Virus record (IMG/VR): IMGVR_UViG_2840842423_000001
Coordinates: 32,001 to 96,000 of that record
Length of the DNA: 64,000 bases
Source of the DNA: a virus
Lineage: Duplodnaviria > Caudoviricetes
Direction: 5' to 3' (one strand)
This document shows, one piece after another, positions 40,855 through 51,965 of the stretch. Made by a program: the position numbers and the translations under genes. Positions within the stretch are counted from its first letter, which is position 1. The number at the start of each line of letters is the position of its first letter. The notes beneath the pieces were generated by a model, which saw only the letters and a program-made list of their open reading frames with translations, had not been told where the DNA came from and searched no databases.

Positions 40855-41010
40855 ATGTTTCAAACTAAAAAGGAATATTGTGTAAATTGTGGATACTATT
40901 CTCATGAAGTGCATGAAAAGAATCCCATCAAAAAGAAAACTGGATTAGGAAAATTATTATTTTGTAATGAACATTGTTTTGAAGAATGGAATGATGAAGA
41001 AGATTTATAA
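40855..41010 (+). CDS. small Zn-finger protein (CxxC...FCxxxC)
   Basis: MFQTKKEYCVNCG...LFCNEHC; AAGGAG RBS; not in track (<60 aa). Confidence 0.55.
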   Translation: MFQTKKEYCVNCGYYSHEVHEKNPIKKKTGLGKLLFCNEHCFEEWNDEEDL

Positions 41011-41038
41011 AAAGTCTATAACAAAAGGAGATATTAAA

Positions 41039-41368
41039 ATGAATAAAGAAATTAAAGAATTGATTAGCAAAGTTGAAAGTTTAGAGTGGACAGTGGACAA
41101 AGAAGGGGATAACGAATACAGATTGAGCAAGTACAGTCCAGCAGGGCAAGACTTTAGTATAGTAGTAGAAGGTGAAGAGGTCGAAGAGTTAATCGAAAGC
41201 ATTTATCAAGTTTATAATGACTTTGACACATCAGAAGAGACTTACCTATGGTTAGACAATACAGGGCATGGAACAAATGGAGCGCCATATCATATGAAGG
41301 ATTTACTGGAGGATATGGAAGCTTGTGAACAAATGATATCAGACTTGTATGATGAGTTGAATAAATAA
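41039..41368 (+). CDS. conserved phage hypothetical protein
   Basis: 'KYSPAGQDFS...GHGTNGAPY'; ATG after AAAGGAG. Confidence 0.6.
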   Translation: MNKEIKELISKVESLEWTVDKEGDNEYRLSKYSPAGQDFSIVVEGEEVEELIESIYQVYNDFDTSEETYLWLDNTGHGTNGAPYHMKDLLEDMEACEQMISDLYDELNK

Positions 41369-41470
41369 AACAATAAATAAATAATATTATACTTGTAATA
41401 CTATCCTGTATATGGTATAATTAATTTAAGAGTTAAGAAGCAAGCAAAAGATCAAATAGGAGGAATTAAA

Positions 41471-42960
41471 ATGATCATAGGGTATAACTTAGAGGGTAAT
41501 ATAGAGTGTTTAGAGTGTGTAAAGGGATTTATAAACGACACTTTCAACGGTAATGAGGATGATTTTTTAGACTATGTAGAAGTAAACGAGTGCGCAATAG
41601 ACATATCGGACTTGAAAGATAATGGAAATACTAAAGGATATGGGCATATTGAGTGTGTTTCTTGTAAGAAAACGATTAATTAAAACTATAAATTTATCTT
41701 GAAAGGGAGAATGTAAAATGAATAAGATCGAACAAAATAAACAAAATAAGGAAATTGTAAACGGGTATAAAGAAACCATAAAAGAGATTAAAAATAATCT
41801 GTACAATGTTACTTCTATTAAGCATAGACATTATTTAATTAATACTATAAAAGAAACAGACAACTATATAAAAAGAATGGAATACTTTGCAGTGCAGTAA
41901 AAACAACATTTTATTAAAATTTGAAAGGGTTGACTATGTATGTTGGCTATTTATGGAAAGTTAAAAAATGAAAAACGTTTCAGAATGTATAATTTGAAAG
42001 AAGATTGTTTTGTAGAAAGAAAAATTTTTGTGACACTATTCCATGAGAGTCAAAAAGACGAATTACAGGAAGACGTTGACTATATGAATAAGCATAATCC
42101 TAATTATATTTTTGAATTAAGAAAAGTGTAATTTGGTAAACTTTAATAATTCACGATAAAATCAATAATTCATGAAGGAGAATGTAGTATGGAACATATA
42201 AAAGTATTGGGTTATTTTAAAGAAAGTGAAGTGGTTTTTAATCCAGAAAATGAAAAGTTATTATATTTTGTAGCATATGAGAATAGCTACAATTATAGTC
42301 AAAGAGACCAATTGGAGGGCAAGAAGTGGGTGGAGGGTTTTAATGTTATGGATGGACATTTTCAATTAATGGATAGAAATTATCTTATCTCATGTAAGGA
42401 AATATCAAAATATGAATATCTAAAAGCTACAGAAGGATACGTGACACCAGAAGTATACTTGTAATATAATAAAATTAATGCTTTATGAGAGGAGAAAATA
42501 TAATGTATGTAAATTGGATTGATAAAGATGGTAGGCATTCAGTCAAATGTAGCGATAAGATAACAGCTAAAATTCTTTATAAACAAATAAAGGACTTCAA
42601 AGTAAAAGAAATTAGCAATGACGAATATGGATTCACAGGGTATAAAAATTCAAAATATAGGCTTTTAGCAGTATAGATAAAACCATTATTTCACATTAAA
42701 AGGAGAAGATGAAAATGAGATATATTATTGTAGATCAGTTTACAAATGATGATTATGTAAATATTTATGTTGCAGATGATAAGGAGAATGACTTTTTAGA
42801 AATAGAACAGGACAATGAACTTCCAGACGCTTACAAGCTAATAGAACAATTTAAAAAGGAGTACAACATTAATACTATTGAGTTTGTTCTATATGACAGT
42901 GGTCACGTAACACAGGATGGTAATAATACTGAAATATATAGAAGGTCAATAGAAGCTTAA
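41471..42960 (+). other. run of six small ORFs (41471, 41718, 41940, 42189, 42503, 42709)
   Basis: Each has an RBS; most are followed by a TAAAA-N6-(T/A)TTTA-type palindrome. Confidence 0.55.
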
Positions 42961-42998
42961 TTAAGATAAAACAAATATATTATTGGGAGTGAGCAAAG

Positions 42999-43143
42999 AT
43001 GGTTAAATTTATGAATACCATGGAAAGATGTTTAGATTGTGGGGGGAAAATTACAAGAAAATGCAATACCAATTAAAAGTGAAAACGGGCAGCATTTTTG
43101 TTCTAATTGGTGCAAAGATAATTGGGTGTCAGATACTAATTAA
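42999..43143 (+). pseudogene. Zn-finger ORF interrupted by +1 frameshift in a homopolymer
   Basis: Removing one base from GGGGGGAAAA (43041-43050) gives CLDCGGKLQ...HFCSNWC. Confidence 0.5.
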
Positions 43144-43822
43144 ATTTAATCATTGAAAAGGGGTAATACAAAATGAAGTTCACAAGAGAAGAAATGTTAG
43201 ATGACTTTAAAGAGTTAGAAATGGACTTAGAAGGCAGTTTAAACAATATGAGTATTTACCTTAGTATGAACGACAAAGAACTAGAAAATACTCATAAAGA
43301 TATGTTAGATGCAAAGTACATGGAAGAGTATAATTAAACAATACCATAAAGGAGTGTGTAAAAATGGAACACATACAAGCATACAATGACAACGAATTAA
43401 TATTTGAAGGTGAAGTTGGTGAATTTTTAAAGCTGCAAAACGATAGTGATGGATTTTTAGAATACATTATCGAAAGTAGAACAGATGATATTATAGAATT
43501 TCCGGAAACTATAAACGGAGATTGGAAATTTATTATTAAGTAGCTTAACCATTAAGTAAACAATATTATATAAGGAGAATCGCAATGAATAGATTTGAGT
43601 ATGAAACAGATAATGGATGGGTCGTTGGTTATTTTGATATTTATCAAGCTAGGAACGGATTTATTTATTTAGTCATGGGCAACAATTTTACAAAACTCAC
43701 ATTGGGGCAGATAGAACAATTAAACATCAATTGTTACTCACTAAAAGATTATGATCACGACGATTTTGTAAAAGCATATAATTTACCATTTTGAATTAGA
43801 CCATAGAAAGGAGGTTGTCATA

Positions 43823-44209
43823 TTGGATTTAAACAAATGGAAACAGGACATCCACGAACAATATGTTTTACTACAAACCAATTTAAAGAACATCAAACAC
43901 ACTTCATTATACACAAGTCTACAGAATACAATAAACAACAGAGATGAAACAAGCTGCACATTAAACGATTTTTTAGAGAATCATTTTCAATTATCCAATA
44001 TATACAATCAGTTCCACCAATTACAGTCAGAGCGTTTAGAATGGCTTAAGGAATACACTAATAGCAACAGTATAAAAGATAATGAATACTATAGACATAT
44101 GGCTTATAAGGTCATACATGAGGATATAGTATTATATAGTCTACAATTAATTATGAATGATCATACACCAGAGTTAACAGTACAGCAAAATAAATTGCAA
44201 CATACTTGA
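43823..44209 (+). CDS. hypothetical protein
   Basis: AAGGAGG RBS, TTG start. Confidence 0.55.
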   Translation: MDLNKWKQDIHEQYVLLQTNLKNIKHTSLYTSLQNTINNRDETSCTLNDFLENHFQLSNIYNQFHQLQSERLEWLKEYTNSNSIKDNEYYRHMAYKVIHEDIVLYSLQLIMNDHTPELTVQQNKLQHT

Positions 44210-44240
44210 TTATATTGTATAATGTCAGACAGATAGGAGA

Positions 44241-44582
44241 GTGTACAACACAGTGTATGATCAAAAGACATTAGGTTTATTAGGTGGAAAAGAACTACTG
44301 GAGCAAAAAATCAAAGCTAATAATTTTATGGGGGGTAAAATATTTACTCAACAATGGGTATTACTGGCATTCTCTTTTCACGGTTGCAAGCATACTAATT
44401 TTTTAACTATTTCAAAACGTGGAAAATATAATCTCATTGGAGAATACATTTTCATATTTTACAAAATTTCATTGTTCAGACATAAAAAGATAAAAACAAT
44501 TGAGGATGTAACAAATGATATTGTATTATCGACATTCGAGAAAGAAACAAAGTTAAAATTAGCGGATAAAGTGATCCAGTGA
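44241..44582 (+). CDS. hypothetical protein
   Basis: 113 aa ORF. Confidence 0.45.
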   Translation: MYNTVYDQKTLGLLGGKELLEQKIKANNFMGGKIFTQQWVLLAFSFHGCKHTNFLTISKRGKYNLIGEYIFIFYKISLFRHKKIKTIEDVTNDIVLSTFEKETKLKLADKVIQ

Positions 44583-44702
44583 ATAATATTGATTATCTAA
44601 TAAATAATTAATATTATATTGACATTTATATACTTTGTATGGTACAATGTAATTAAGAGTTAAAAGACACAAAGATAAATAATAAATTAGGAGTGAGTTA
44701 TT

Positions 44703-45392
44703 ATGATTAAGAAGGTAGTGTTAACAAGCAGTGGAATTAAAAACAAACAGGTTATAGAACATGAAAAAATCAACGATTTTCAAACATATTTGCTAAAGGA
44801 TCAGTTAAACGATTTAGAAAATAATTATGATAAAGAAGAACAGGAGCAGTATAAAAGACATTTATTATTATTGGTGGAAGTAGACAAACATCTATTCACT
44901 GTATGTCATTTAGATCAAATTGAAATGATAAAACAGTATGATGGCAACCAAATATTAGAAATGCTTATCAGCAATTTCAATAAAGAGTTATCGGGTAATA
45001 AAGCTATCAATTGGGGAATGGCACAATATTTAAATAAAGAAGATGAATTTAATCAAGTAAAAGAAAATAAAAGAAAAGAAAATGAACGATACAAATTAGA
45101 ACAAAAACAAATACGAGAAGAAAAAGAAAAGCAACATCAGAAAGAACGTGATAGAGAGTTAGAAACATCTTTAAATGAGTTGTTAGCAGGAAATAAAATC
45201 GATAATTATGATTTTGTTGATTTATGTGACAAATACAGTATCAAATTACCTTTACGTACTAGAGGATGGGCTTTAAAGAGTTTGAACGAAATAGGCAAAG
45301 ATCAATATTCATACGGTGGCAATCCTTCTAAAGTGGTGTTCAATTATGTTGAAAAATTAATCAACGTGGCAATGACAGAACAAGCAATCTAA
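44703..45392 (+). CDS. hypothetical protein
   Basis: 229 aa; 'IKLPLRTRGW'; after promoter cassette. Confidence 0.6.
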   Translation: MIKKVVLTSSGIKNKQVIEHEKINDFQTYLLKDQLNDLENNYDKEEQEQYKRHLLLLVEVDKHLFTVCHLDQIEMIKQYDGNQILEMLISNFNKELSGNKAINWGMAQYLNKEDEFNQVKENKRKENERYKLEQKQIREEKEKQHQKERDRELETSLNELLAGNKIDNYDFVDLCDKYSIKLPLRTRGWALKSLNEIGKDQYSYGGNPSKVVFNYVEKLINVAMTEQAI

Positions 45393-45494
45393 TTGTAATA
45401 AATAATTAATAATATATTATAGGATAACTATTGCAATGTTATCCTATAAATGGTATAATGTAGCTAAGTTAAAATTAAATGGAGGTTTTACAAA

Positions 45495-45761
45495 ATGGTA
45501 GATACTTTTAAAGTCAATCAATGTAGAAAACAGTCTGCAAAAGAAATCGGCACAGCACTCAATGAGTGTAACATGTTATTCAAATGTGATATTGAAGATC
45601 AAGCAAACAAGATTGTTTTTCATATTATAACAGATAGCGTGGATATTCAATACACAGAATTAGATAACAAAAGAATGGATAACTTTCTAAGTGTATTAAA
45701 AGATTTTGTCGTCAATAAAGAGGACATTGAAGAATTGAAAGAAGAATTGTTAGTAGTATAA
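45495..45761 (+). CDS. hypothetical protein
   Basis: GGAGG RBS. Confidence 0.55.
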   Translation: MVDTFKVNQCRKQSAKEIGTALNECNMLFKCDIEDQANKIVFHIITDSVDIQYTELDNKRMDNFLSVLKDFVVNKEDIEELKEELLVV

Positions 45762-45788
45762 TTCAATAAATAAATGGAGGTTTTACAA

Positions 45789-45968
45789 ATGGAAAAAGTA
45801 ATAATTAAAATCAAAACTGAAAATGCAGCGTTTGAAGAAGTTGGAGTAGGTAATGAATTAGCTAGAATATTAAAAGATATGGCAGATCAATTGGAAGATG
45901 CTTACAATTTTCCTAAAACATTAATGGATCTGAATGGTAATAAAGTTGGTACAGTGGAGTACGAATAA
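45789..45968 (+). CDS. hypothetical protein
   Basis: 'ENAAFE...ELARILK...DLNGNKVG'; GGAGG RBS. Confidence 0.6.
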   Translation: MEKVIIKIKTENAAFEEVGVGNELARILKDMADQLEDAYNFPKTLMDLNGNKVGTVEYE

Positions 45969-46037
45969 AATCACAGTTTTATCTGAAAATTTATGATACA
46001 ATTTAAAATAATATAAGGGATAGGGAGAGGTTTAAAA

Positions 46038-46394
46038 ATGAAAAAGAAAGTTGTCGGTTTATTAATGGTAGGATTATTATTGGGAGGTACAGTCACTTAT
46101 GCAGCAACAAATTATTATGCAGATTTAATACTCAATCAAGAGGATCAAATGATGAATGAAATAAGCGAATACTATAATCAGAATTTTAAAGAAAGAGGAG
46201 AATTACAACATCGGGATATGGTGCATTACGCAACAATGGAGAGAGAATCTTTGATGGATAGAATGAAATCAAAAATAGATGAAAAAGTAGCAAGTGATGC
46301 AGATAATCGCAGAAAAGAACATGTTAAGCATATTGATAACGCAGTAACAGGACTTGAAGAAGAATTGTTGAATTATATTAATGAATTAGAATAG
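46038..46394 (+). CDS. exported hypothetical protein
   Basis: Signal peptide MKKKVVGLLMVGLLLGGTVTYA. Confidence 0.6.
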   Translation: MKKKVVGLLMVGLLLGGTVTYAATNYYADLILNQEDQMMNEISEYYNQNFKERGELQHRDMVHYATMERESLMDRMKSKIDEKVASDADNRRKEHVKHIDNAVTGLEEELLNYINELE

Positions 46395-46582
46395 AGCAGG
46401 GTTTATACCTGCTATAAAGGTATATGAGCATATTCACCATGTATCCTTATAATAGGTATAAATAAACAACAATACAAGGAGATGATCTATAATGACAATA
46501 AATAAATAATATTATACTTTCGATAGTACAATAGATATGATACAATAAATTTACAGTAAGAAATCAATGAGGAGGTAATGAT

Positions 46583-46891
46583 ATGCTAACAATATTAGAT
46601 AGAGATATTGAGATAGTAGAAAACATATTAGGGGATCATAGTAGTTTAGAGGTGACACATTGTTATGATGACTCACGTTCAGTAGGAGACTTCAAAGAAG
46701 CCTTAGAAGAGGTTTTAAACAGTCTAACAGACAAAGAAGAATATATAGAAGAGTATAAAGAGGAAATTGCAGATCACCAACAGGATAAAAAGGAAATGTT
46801 AAAGCATATTAAACGACTTGAAAAGATGCTTAATAAGCGTGAAGTTAAATTTAAAAACTGGGAAGCTGTAGAAGATGATTTGAATTATTAG
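46583..46891 (+). CDS. hypothetical acidic coiled-coil protein
   Basis: GAGGAGG RBS. Confidence 0.55.
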   Translation: MLTILDRDIEIVENILGDHSSLEVTHCYDDSRSVGDFKEALEEVLNSLTDKEEYIEEYKEEIADHQQDKKEMLKHIKRLEKMLNKREVKFKNWEAVEDDLNY

Positions 46892-46937
46892 TACCATGGA
46901 TTGAAAATAACATATCATAATATATGGAGGTTATACA

Positions 46938-47312
46938 ATGAGAAAGCAAACTAAAAAGCAATTGCAGGATTTTAACAATGAAGTCATTGAGATATTAGAA
47001 TTTTACGGTGCGAGCAGGGTCGAGAATCCTCATACTAGAATGATCACTTATATAATTGACAGTGAGAAAATTGGTGAGTTATCAATCAAACTGGAATATG
47101 AAACATCACGTATATATACAATATATACTAAGTTTGATGATCCAGAGAAAGCTGTTAAGTTTTTCAATATATCAGTACACAATGGCAAAATGAATAGTCA
47201 TGAATATAGTCCAGAACCATGTTTAACGTTTATTGATGAGTTATTGGATAACTACAATCAGATCAATGGAATTGATTCACATGCAGCTTATTTAGAGGTT
47301 AATAGCAATTAA
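46938..47312 (+). CDS. hypothetical protein
   Basis: GGAGG RBS. Confidence 0.55.
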   Translation: MRKQTKKQLQDFNNEVIEILEFYGASRVENPHTRMITYIIDSEKIGELSIKLEYETSRIYTIYTKFDDPEKAVKFFNISVHNGKMNSHEYSPEPCLTFIDELLDNYNQINGIDSHAAYLEVNSN

Positions 47313-47567
47313 TATTAAATAGGAGGTAGTAAAAATGATTAAATTAAATGTTGGCAGCGATTATGAATTTACAGACACAGACGGAACAAAATATGAGGGA
47401 ACGCTATTTGAAAATATCAATGGTTGCTTAGGGTTTGATCTATTTGATGACAGTAGCGTAGAGAAGAGTATTGATGAAATTAAGGAAATCGAAGAAATAG
47501 CTGTATGAAACAGGAATTTTATAGTATGACTTATGATAGAATTGCAAACAAAAGGAGAGTATATTGA

Positions 47568-47804
47568 ATGGATAAAAAGGATTTACTTATGACATTAAAA
47601 ATCGAAAGAGATTATGCTAAACGTCAAGCATTGCAGGAAATAGGTATTTTAAGAGGGATTTTAGATAAGGTAGAGCAGAGGGTTGTTGATGGTAGTATTA
47701 TAGCAGATGATGGGTTGCAAGGCAATGAGTGGCGTTTATATAAAGCATTATCGAACTTAGAACAAATGAATACTCATATAAAAAATATCAATGAATTAAA
47801 ATAG
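47568..47804 (+). CDS. hypothetical protein
   Basis: AAAGGAG RBS; followed by hairpin TTAATTGGCAG...CTGCCAATTAA. Confidence 0.55.
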   Translation: MDKKDLLMTLKIERDYAKRQALQEIGILRGILDKVEQRVVDGSIIADDGLQGNEWRLYKALSNLEQMNTHIKNINELK

Positions 47805-48302
47805 AAAATAGTATTAATTGGCAGTCTGAAATACGGCTGCCAATTAAGATAAAACTATAACAGGAGTGAATTATAATATGGGAACATTTAAAGTTATCTT
47901 TACCTATGAAAATGGTCTTACACATGTATTAACTTATAAAGATGTAATAAGAGACAAAGAGAAAATTTTACATGCAGCGTTAAAAGATAATGAACATGGT
48001 TATTCAGATATTCATTCCATACAGATTATCGAATATGACTTTTAAATTACAAAAGGGTTGTATAGGTATAAAAAGGTCATTTAAGGTTGCAAAAGGAGTT
48101 GTAACAATTGATAAAAATTTATATTCACTGGCAACATAGACAGGATCAATATATAGTTATGGCTGTTGATGGTGAAACAATATTATATTCAGATATAGTA
48201 ATGAGCGAGGTTTTAGAACTCACACTATCCATGCTAAAAGAATCTTTTTCTAGCACTCATAAAGAAATTAAAGAATACAGGAGATATATTTAAAAATGAA
48301 GG

Positions 48303-49073
48303 GTGATGTTATTGATGAAAACAATTGTATTTTTAACTAGTGTATTTATAGGACTTTTTGGAGCAACGGATATTGTAAAAGCAGACGCAGAGGTAAAGGA
48401 ACAACCAACAACATTTTTTATAGTACCACACCAAGACGATGAGATGTTAACATATGGAGTTGCCATATTAAACCATACATGGCATGGAGATAATGTTCAT
48501 GTGGTATTAATGACAGATGGGGCTGCAAGTAGAGTGTATGAATTATTAAACAAAAAATTAGATAATCCATTAACTAGGCAAGAATTCAGTGAAGCAAGAT
48601 TAAAAGAATTTAAGCACAGTATGATGATTTTAGGTGTGCCAGATGAAAATATTCATGTAAAAAATTATCCAGATGGTGGTTTACAAGTAGCAGATGTTGA
48701 GAGCACAATTTTAGCAATTCAAAAAGAATATCCTAACGCAAAATTTAAAGCTATGAGTTATTTGGATGATCACAATGACCACAAAGTGTCAGGATTAGCT
48801 TTACAAAACCTGTATGACAAAGGGATAGTAAAGGATGCACGTTTCTATTTTAAACCTTCTCAATTTGGTACAGAACGTTTTAGTGGAGCAATTAAGGATA
48901 AGTACTTACCAGAGTATAAACCATTCATCCATGCAGGAGTTGAGGTTTACAAAAAGTGGCAGCCTCAAATTGGAAGATATGCAATTGGAAACACAAGTGT
49001 TGGCAAAAGTTTTGAATTGTTAAAGAATAGTCCAACTAGTATGTACCATGTTCCGGGATATAAATTGAAATGA
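48303..49073 (+). CDS. exported PIG-L/LmbE-family deacetylase
   Basis: VPHQDDE and HNDH metal motifs, ARLKEF, YPDGGL; N-terminal signal peptide ending VKA. Confidence 0.85.
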   Translation: MMLLMKTIVFLTSVFIGLFGATDIVKADAEVKEQPTTFFIVPHQDDEMLTYGVAILNHTWHGDNVHVVLMTDGAASRVYELLNKKLDNPLTRQEFSEARLKEFKHSMMILGVPDENIHVKNYPDGGLQVADVESTILAIQKEYPNAKFKAMSYLDDHNDHKVSGLALQNLYDKGIVKDARFYFKPSQFGTERFSGAIKDKYLPEYKPFIHAGVEVYKKWQPQIGRYAIGNTSVGKSFELLKNSPTSMYHVPGYKLK

Positions 49074-49205
49074 TTTAATAAATTAAAAGTATTATATTAA
49101 TAATATATAAACAAACAATTGGAACTAATCATCAAAAATTTCAATTGTTTGTAAGATCACAAATGTAGTATAATATTATTCATAATAAGAAAAGGGGAGA
49201 ATATC

Positions 49206-49772
49206 ATGTCAAACGAAAAGTTGAAACAAATTGTCAAATCAAAATGGTTTAAATTGGGTATTGTGGGAACTGTATTAGTAGCTATTGGAGCATTTCTTTT
49301 TATGAACATTAGCAGTAAAGGAGTAGCAAAAAACTTTGCCGAGGACTATATGGATGCTGTAAAGAATGGAGAAGACACATCAGACTTCATAAGTCGTAGC
49401 GAAGAAGGCTTTATTGATGTATTTGATTATGATTATTTAAAAGAAGTTGAAATGGAGCAGGAGAAGGTTATAATGTCATTAAATTATGAGGATTATGAAA
49501 TATTGCAAGAGTATGGCGAAAAAAATGATTTTGATTCATACGATGAATTTAAAAAACATTATAAAGACTTGTTTTCAGATCATGAAATCATAAGGGAATC
49601 AGATATGTCTTTAGAGTTATGGGAGGAAGGAGAATTCAAAGATCGGTATAGCTTCCTGTATGATGTGACTATTGCTAACGGATTGGGACAGAAGATTTAC
49701 AAGAAAGCTGAATTAACTGTTGAGAAAAATGTTTTAGGAGAACATGAGATTACATTTATTGATATTAAATAA
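49206..49772 (+). CDS. membrane-anchored acidic protein
   Basis: Single N-terminal TM helix then D/E-rich domain. Confidence 0.6.
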   Translation: MSNEKLKQIVKSKWFKLGIVGTVLVAIGAFLFMNISSKGVAKNFAEDYMDAVKNGEDTSDFISRSEEGFIDVFDYDYLKEVEMEQEKVIMSLNYEDYEILQEYGEKNDFDSYDEFKKHYKDLFSDHEIIRESDMSLELWEEGEFKDRYSFLYDVTIANGLGQKIYKKAELTVEKNVLGEHEITFIDIK

Positions 49773-50083
49773 AACGATTAGATGGCTATGAGTAATGTGC
49801 ATCTTATATTTACGTTGCTCATAATATCACTGGCACACGGAGGGTTGTATGGAGAATAACAATAGCTACAAACTCAATTTAGCAATGGAAAAGACTGAAC
49901 GACTATTTCAGCTTAGTGTAATCAACGCATATGAATACGGGCAATTAAATCGTTATTTTATAAGTAAGTATAGCAGCACAAAACTAAGCAGAATGTTTAA
50001 GAAGGACTACAATCCTTCTTCTGATAAACTTAAAAATATTATATGTACTGTAAATAAGGAAATCATAAAAGGAGACTAACAAT

Positions 50084-50302
50084 ATGATCAATTTAAAACT
50101 AAAGGAATATCTAAAGGAAAAGAAAATTAGTATACAGTGGCTACATGAGGTGACTGGAATTAGATACGCAACGTTATATAATATGATCCACAAGAAACAC
50201 AAGAGTATAAATTTAAAATATCTATATTCTATAATGGATGCATTGAATGTTAGAGATATGAGTTTAATATTTGAAAAACAAGCAAAAGAAAGGAAGTCTT
50301 AA
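50084..50302 (+). CDS. Cro/C1-type HTH regulator
   Basis: LKEYLKEKKISIQWLHEVTGIRYATLYNM...SINLKYLYSIMDAL. Confidence 0.8.
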   Translation: MINLKLKEYLKEKKISIQWLHEVTGIRYATLYNMIHKKHKSINLKYLYSIMDALNVRDMSLIFEKQAKERKS

Positions 50303-50827
50303 TATGTTAACAACAGTAGGAGCTATTCCTTACGATGGATTTAAAGAGAGGGTTAATATTATAAAGATGTTAGAGAACAGTTATAAAGGTGCAAAGATTC
50401 GATTTGATGATGATATTGTATCTTATGAGTATAAAGTAAAAGATAATTAATAATATATTGACATCCTTCATATTATGTGATACACTTAATGTACGTTATT
50501 AAGAACAGTCACATGATGATAAAAGGAGGATGTAAAAGATGGGAAAAGTTATTGATCTACAGGAATACAGAATTGAGCAACAGTACATAGCATTCTATTC
50601 TACACGTTTGGACTTATCTAAGGACATACAGTATAAAGATAAAGAGAACAGACGTGATGCGGCTAAAAAGATGCAATTAAGCTACATGAGAGTGCTAACT
50701 TATGGTATTGATAATAAGACAAGTTAGGAGAGGTTGTGATATGAAATAGTTGTATTTTTACATTGATTGAAATATCGCTGGCTTTATTTACAAATGATCA
50801 AACAATAATATAAAGGGAGAGATTAAG

Positions 50828-51670
50828 ATGAATGGATTAGCAGTTAAAGAAGTGGAGTTTAATGGTGATGTGTTGTTAGCGGCACAAGACAAACAAAGTG
50901 AAAAGGTGTATATTACAGTTGCAGGAGTTTGTGAAGGAATAGGTTTAAATGAAAACCAAAAGGATAGGCAAGTTAAAAATATACAAAGTGATATTGTTCT
51001 GTCACAAGGGGTTAAAAACCTCTCCGTCAAATTTGACGGACAGTCCAGACACGTTGTGGGAGTAGAGTTAGATTTTCTTCCATTGTGGTTAGCTAAGATT
51101 TCTATTACGCCAAAGATGAAAAAAGAATTACCTAAAATGGTTGATAAATTAATCGAATATCAGATTAAGGCAAAAGAAGTTCTTGCTAATGCTTTTGTTC
51201 ATAATGTGACTCAAATTGTACCACAGAATTACAAAGAGTCTTTAAAGGCTTTACTGGCAGAAGTTGAAAAGAACGAAGAGTTAGAGCAGACTATTTTGAT
51301 TCAAGAACCTAAAGTTAAGGAGCATGAACACTTTATAGCGAGTAGAGGATTGCAGGAAATGGGATCAGTCTCAAAGTCTTTAAAAGTTGGTAGAACATAT
51401 CTGTTTCGCTTTCTACGAGAGGATGATGTTAAGGTTATGATGAAGGGCAGAGTTACGCCTTATCAAAGTTACATTGATCGTGGCTGGTTCACAGTTATAA
51501 TGAGAACCAAAAATGGGATGACAAGACCGAAGACATATGTTACACCAAAAGGTGTTAGTGGTATTAGTAAGTTGCTAAGAAAGCATATAGACAAATATCC
51601 ATATATGTATAAGTTTAAAGATGTGGTATTTACACAATCTGAATTATCGCAGGCAAATAAAGATAAATAA
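50828..51670 (+). CDS. phage antirepressor (P22 Ant N-terminal plus KilAC/ANT domain)
   Basis: VEFNGD...FLPLWLAKISIT; PKV...VGRTYLFRFLRE...PYQSYIDRGWF...TYVTPKG. Confidence 0.85.
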   Translation: MNGLAVKEVEFNGDVLLAAQDKQSEKVYITVAGVCEGIGLNENQKDRQVKNIQSDIVLSQGVKNLSVKFDGQSRHVVGVELDFLPLWLAKISITPKMKKELPKMVDKLIEYQIKAKEVLANAFVHNVTQIVPQNYKESLKALLAEVEKNEELEQTILIQEPKVKEHEHFIASRGLQEMGSVSKSLKVGRTYLFRFLREDDVKVMMKGRVTPYQSYIDRGWFTVIMRTKNGMTRPKTYVTPKGVSGISKLLRKHIDKYPYMYKFKDVVFTQSELSQANKDK

Positions 51671-51830
51671 TAACAGATAAATCAATTATATTTATCTGTT
51701 ATAGTTATACATAATAAATATTATAAAAAAATCATGTATATTGCAAATACTTCTTGACTATACTTGTATTGTATGGTATTGTTTACTTAATGAGACATAC
51801 ATAACCAATATTATAAAAGGAAGTGAGAAC

Positions 51831-51965
51831 ATGTTAACAGATTTACTAGGCTATTACAAAAGGAATGTAAATAAAATGTCGGATCAGCAGATTAAGAAGT
51901 CTAAACATGATTTAGAACAAATTTTACGAATCATGGACAAAAAACTAATTAAGGATGTGGTATAA
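51831..51965 (+). CDS. small protein heading the yopP-Q-R operon
   Basis: ATG after AAAGGAAGTG; abuts yopP. Confidence 0.45.
   Translation: MLTDLLGYYKRNVNKMSDQQIKKSKHDLEQILRIMDKKLIKDVV

Larger units (their letters stand above)
34899..46560 (+). repeat. dispersed ~65-bp promoter cassette (AATAAATAAWYAATATTATA-CTTG...TGGTAYAAT...TTAAGAGTTAAG), about 10 copies
   Basis: Copies near 34899, 36910, 38241, 39308, 39818, 40301, 41372, 44598, 45397, 46497; each has -35 / extended -10 and precedes an RBS. Confidence 0.8.

Noticed and set aside
34899-46560. Repeated ~65-bp units as CRISPR or MITEs
   Set aside because: Dispersed, contain -35/-10 boxes, no terminal inverted repeats or target duplications; explained as promoters.
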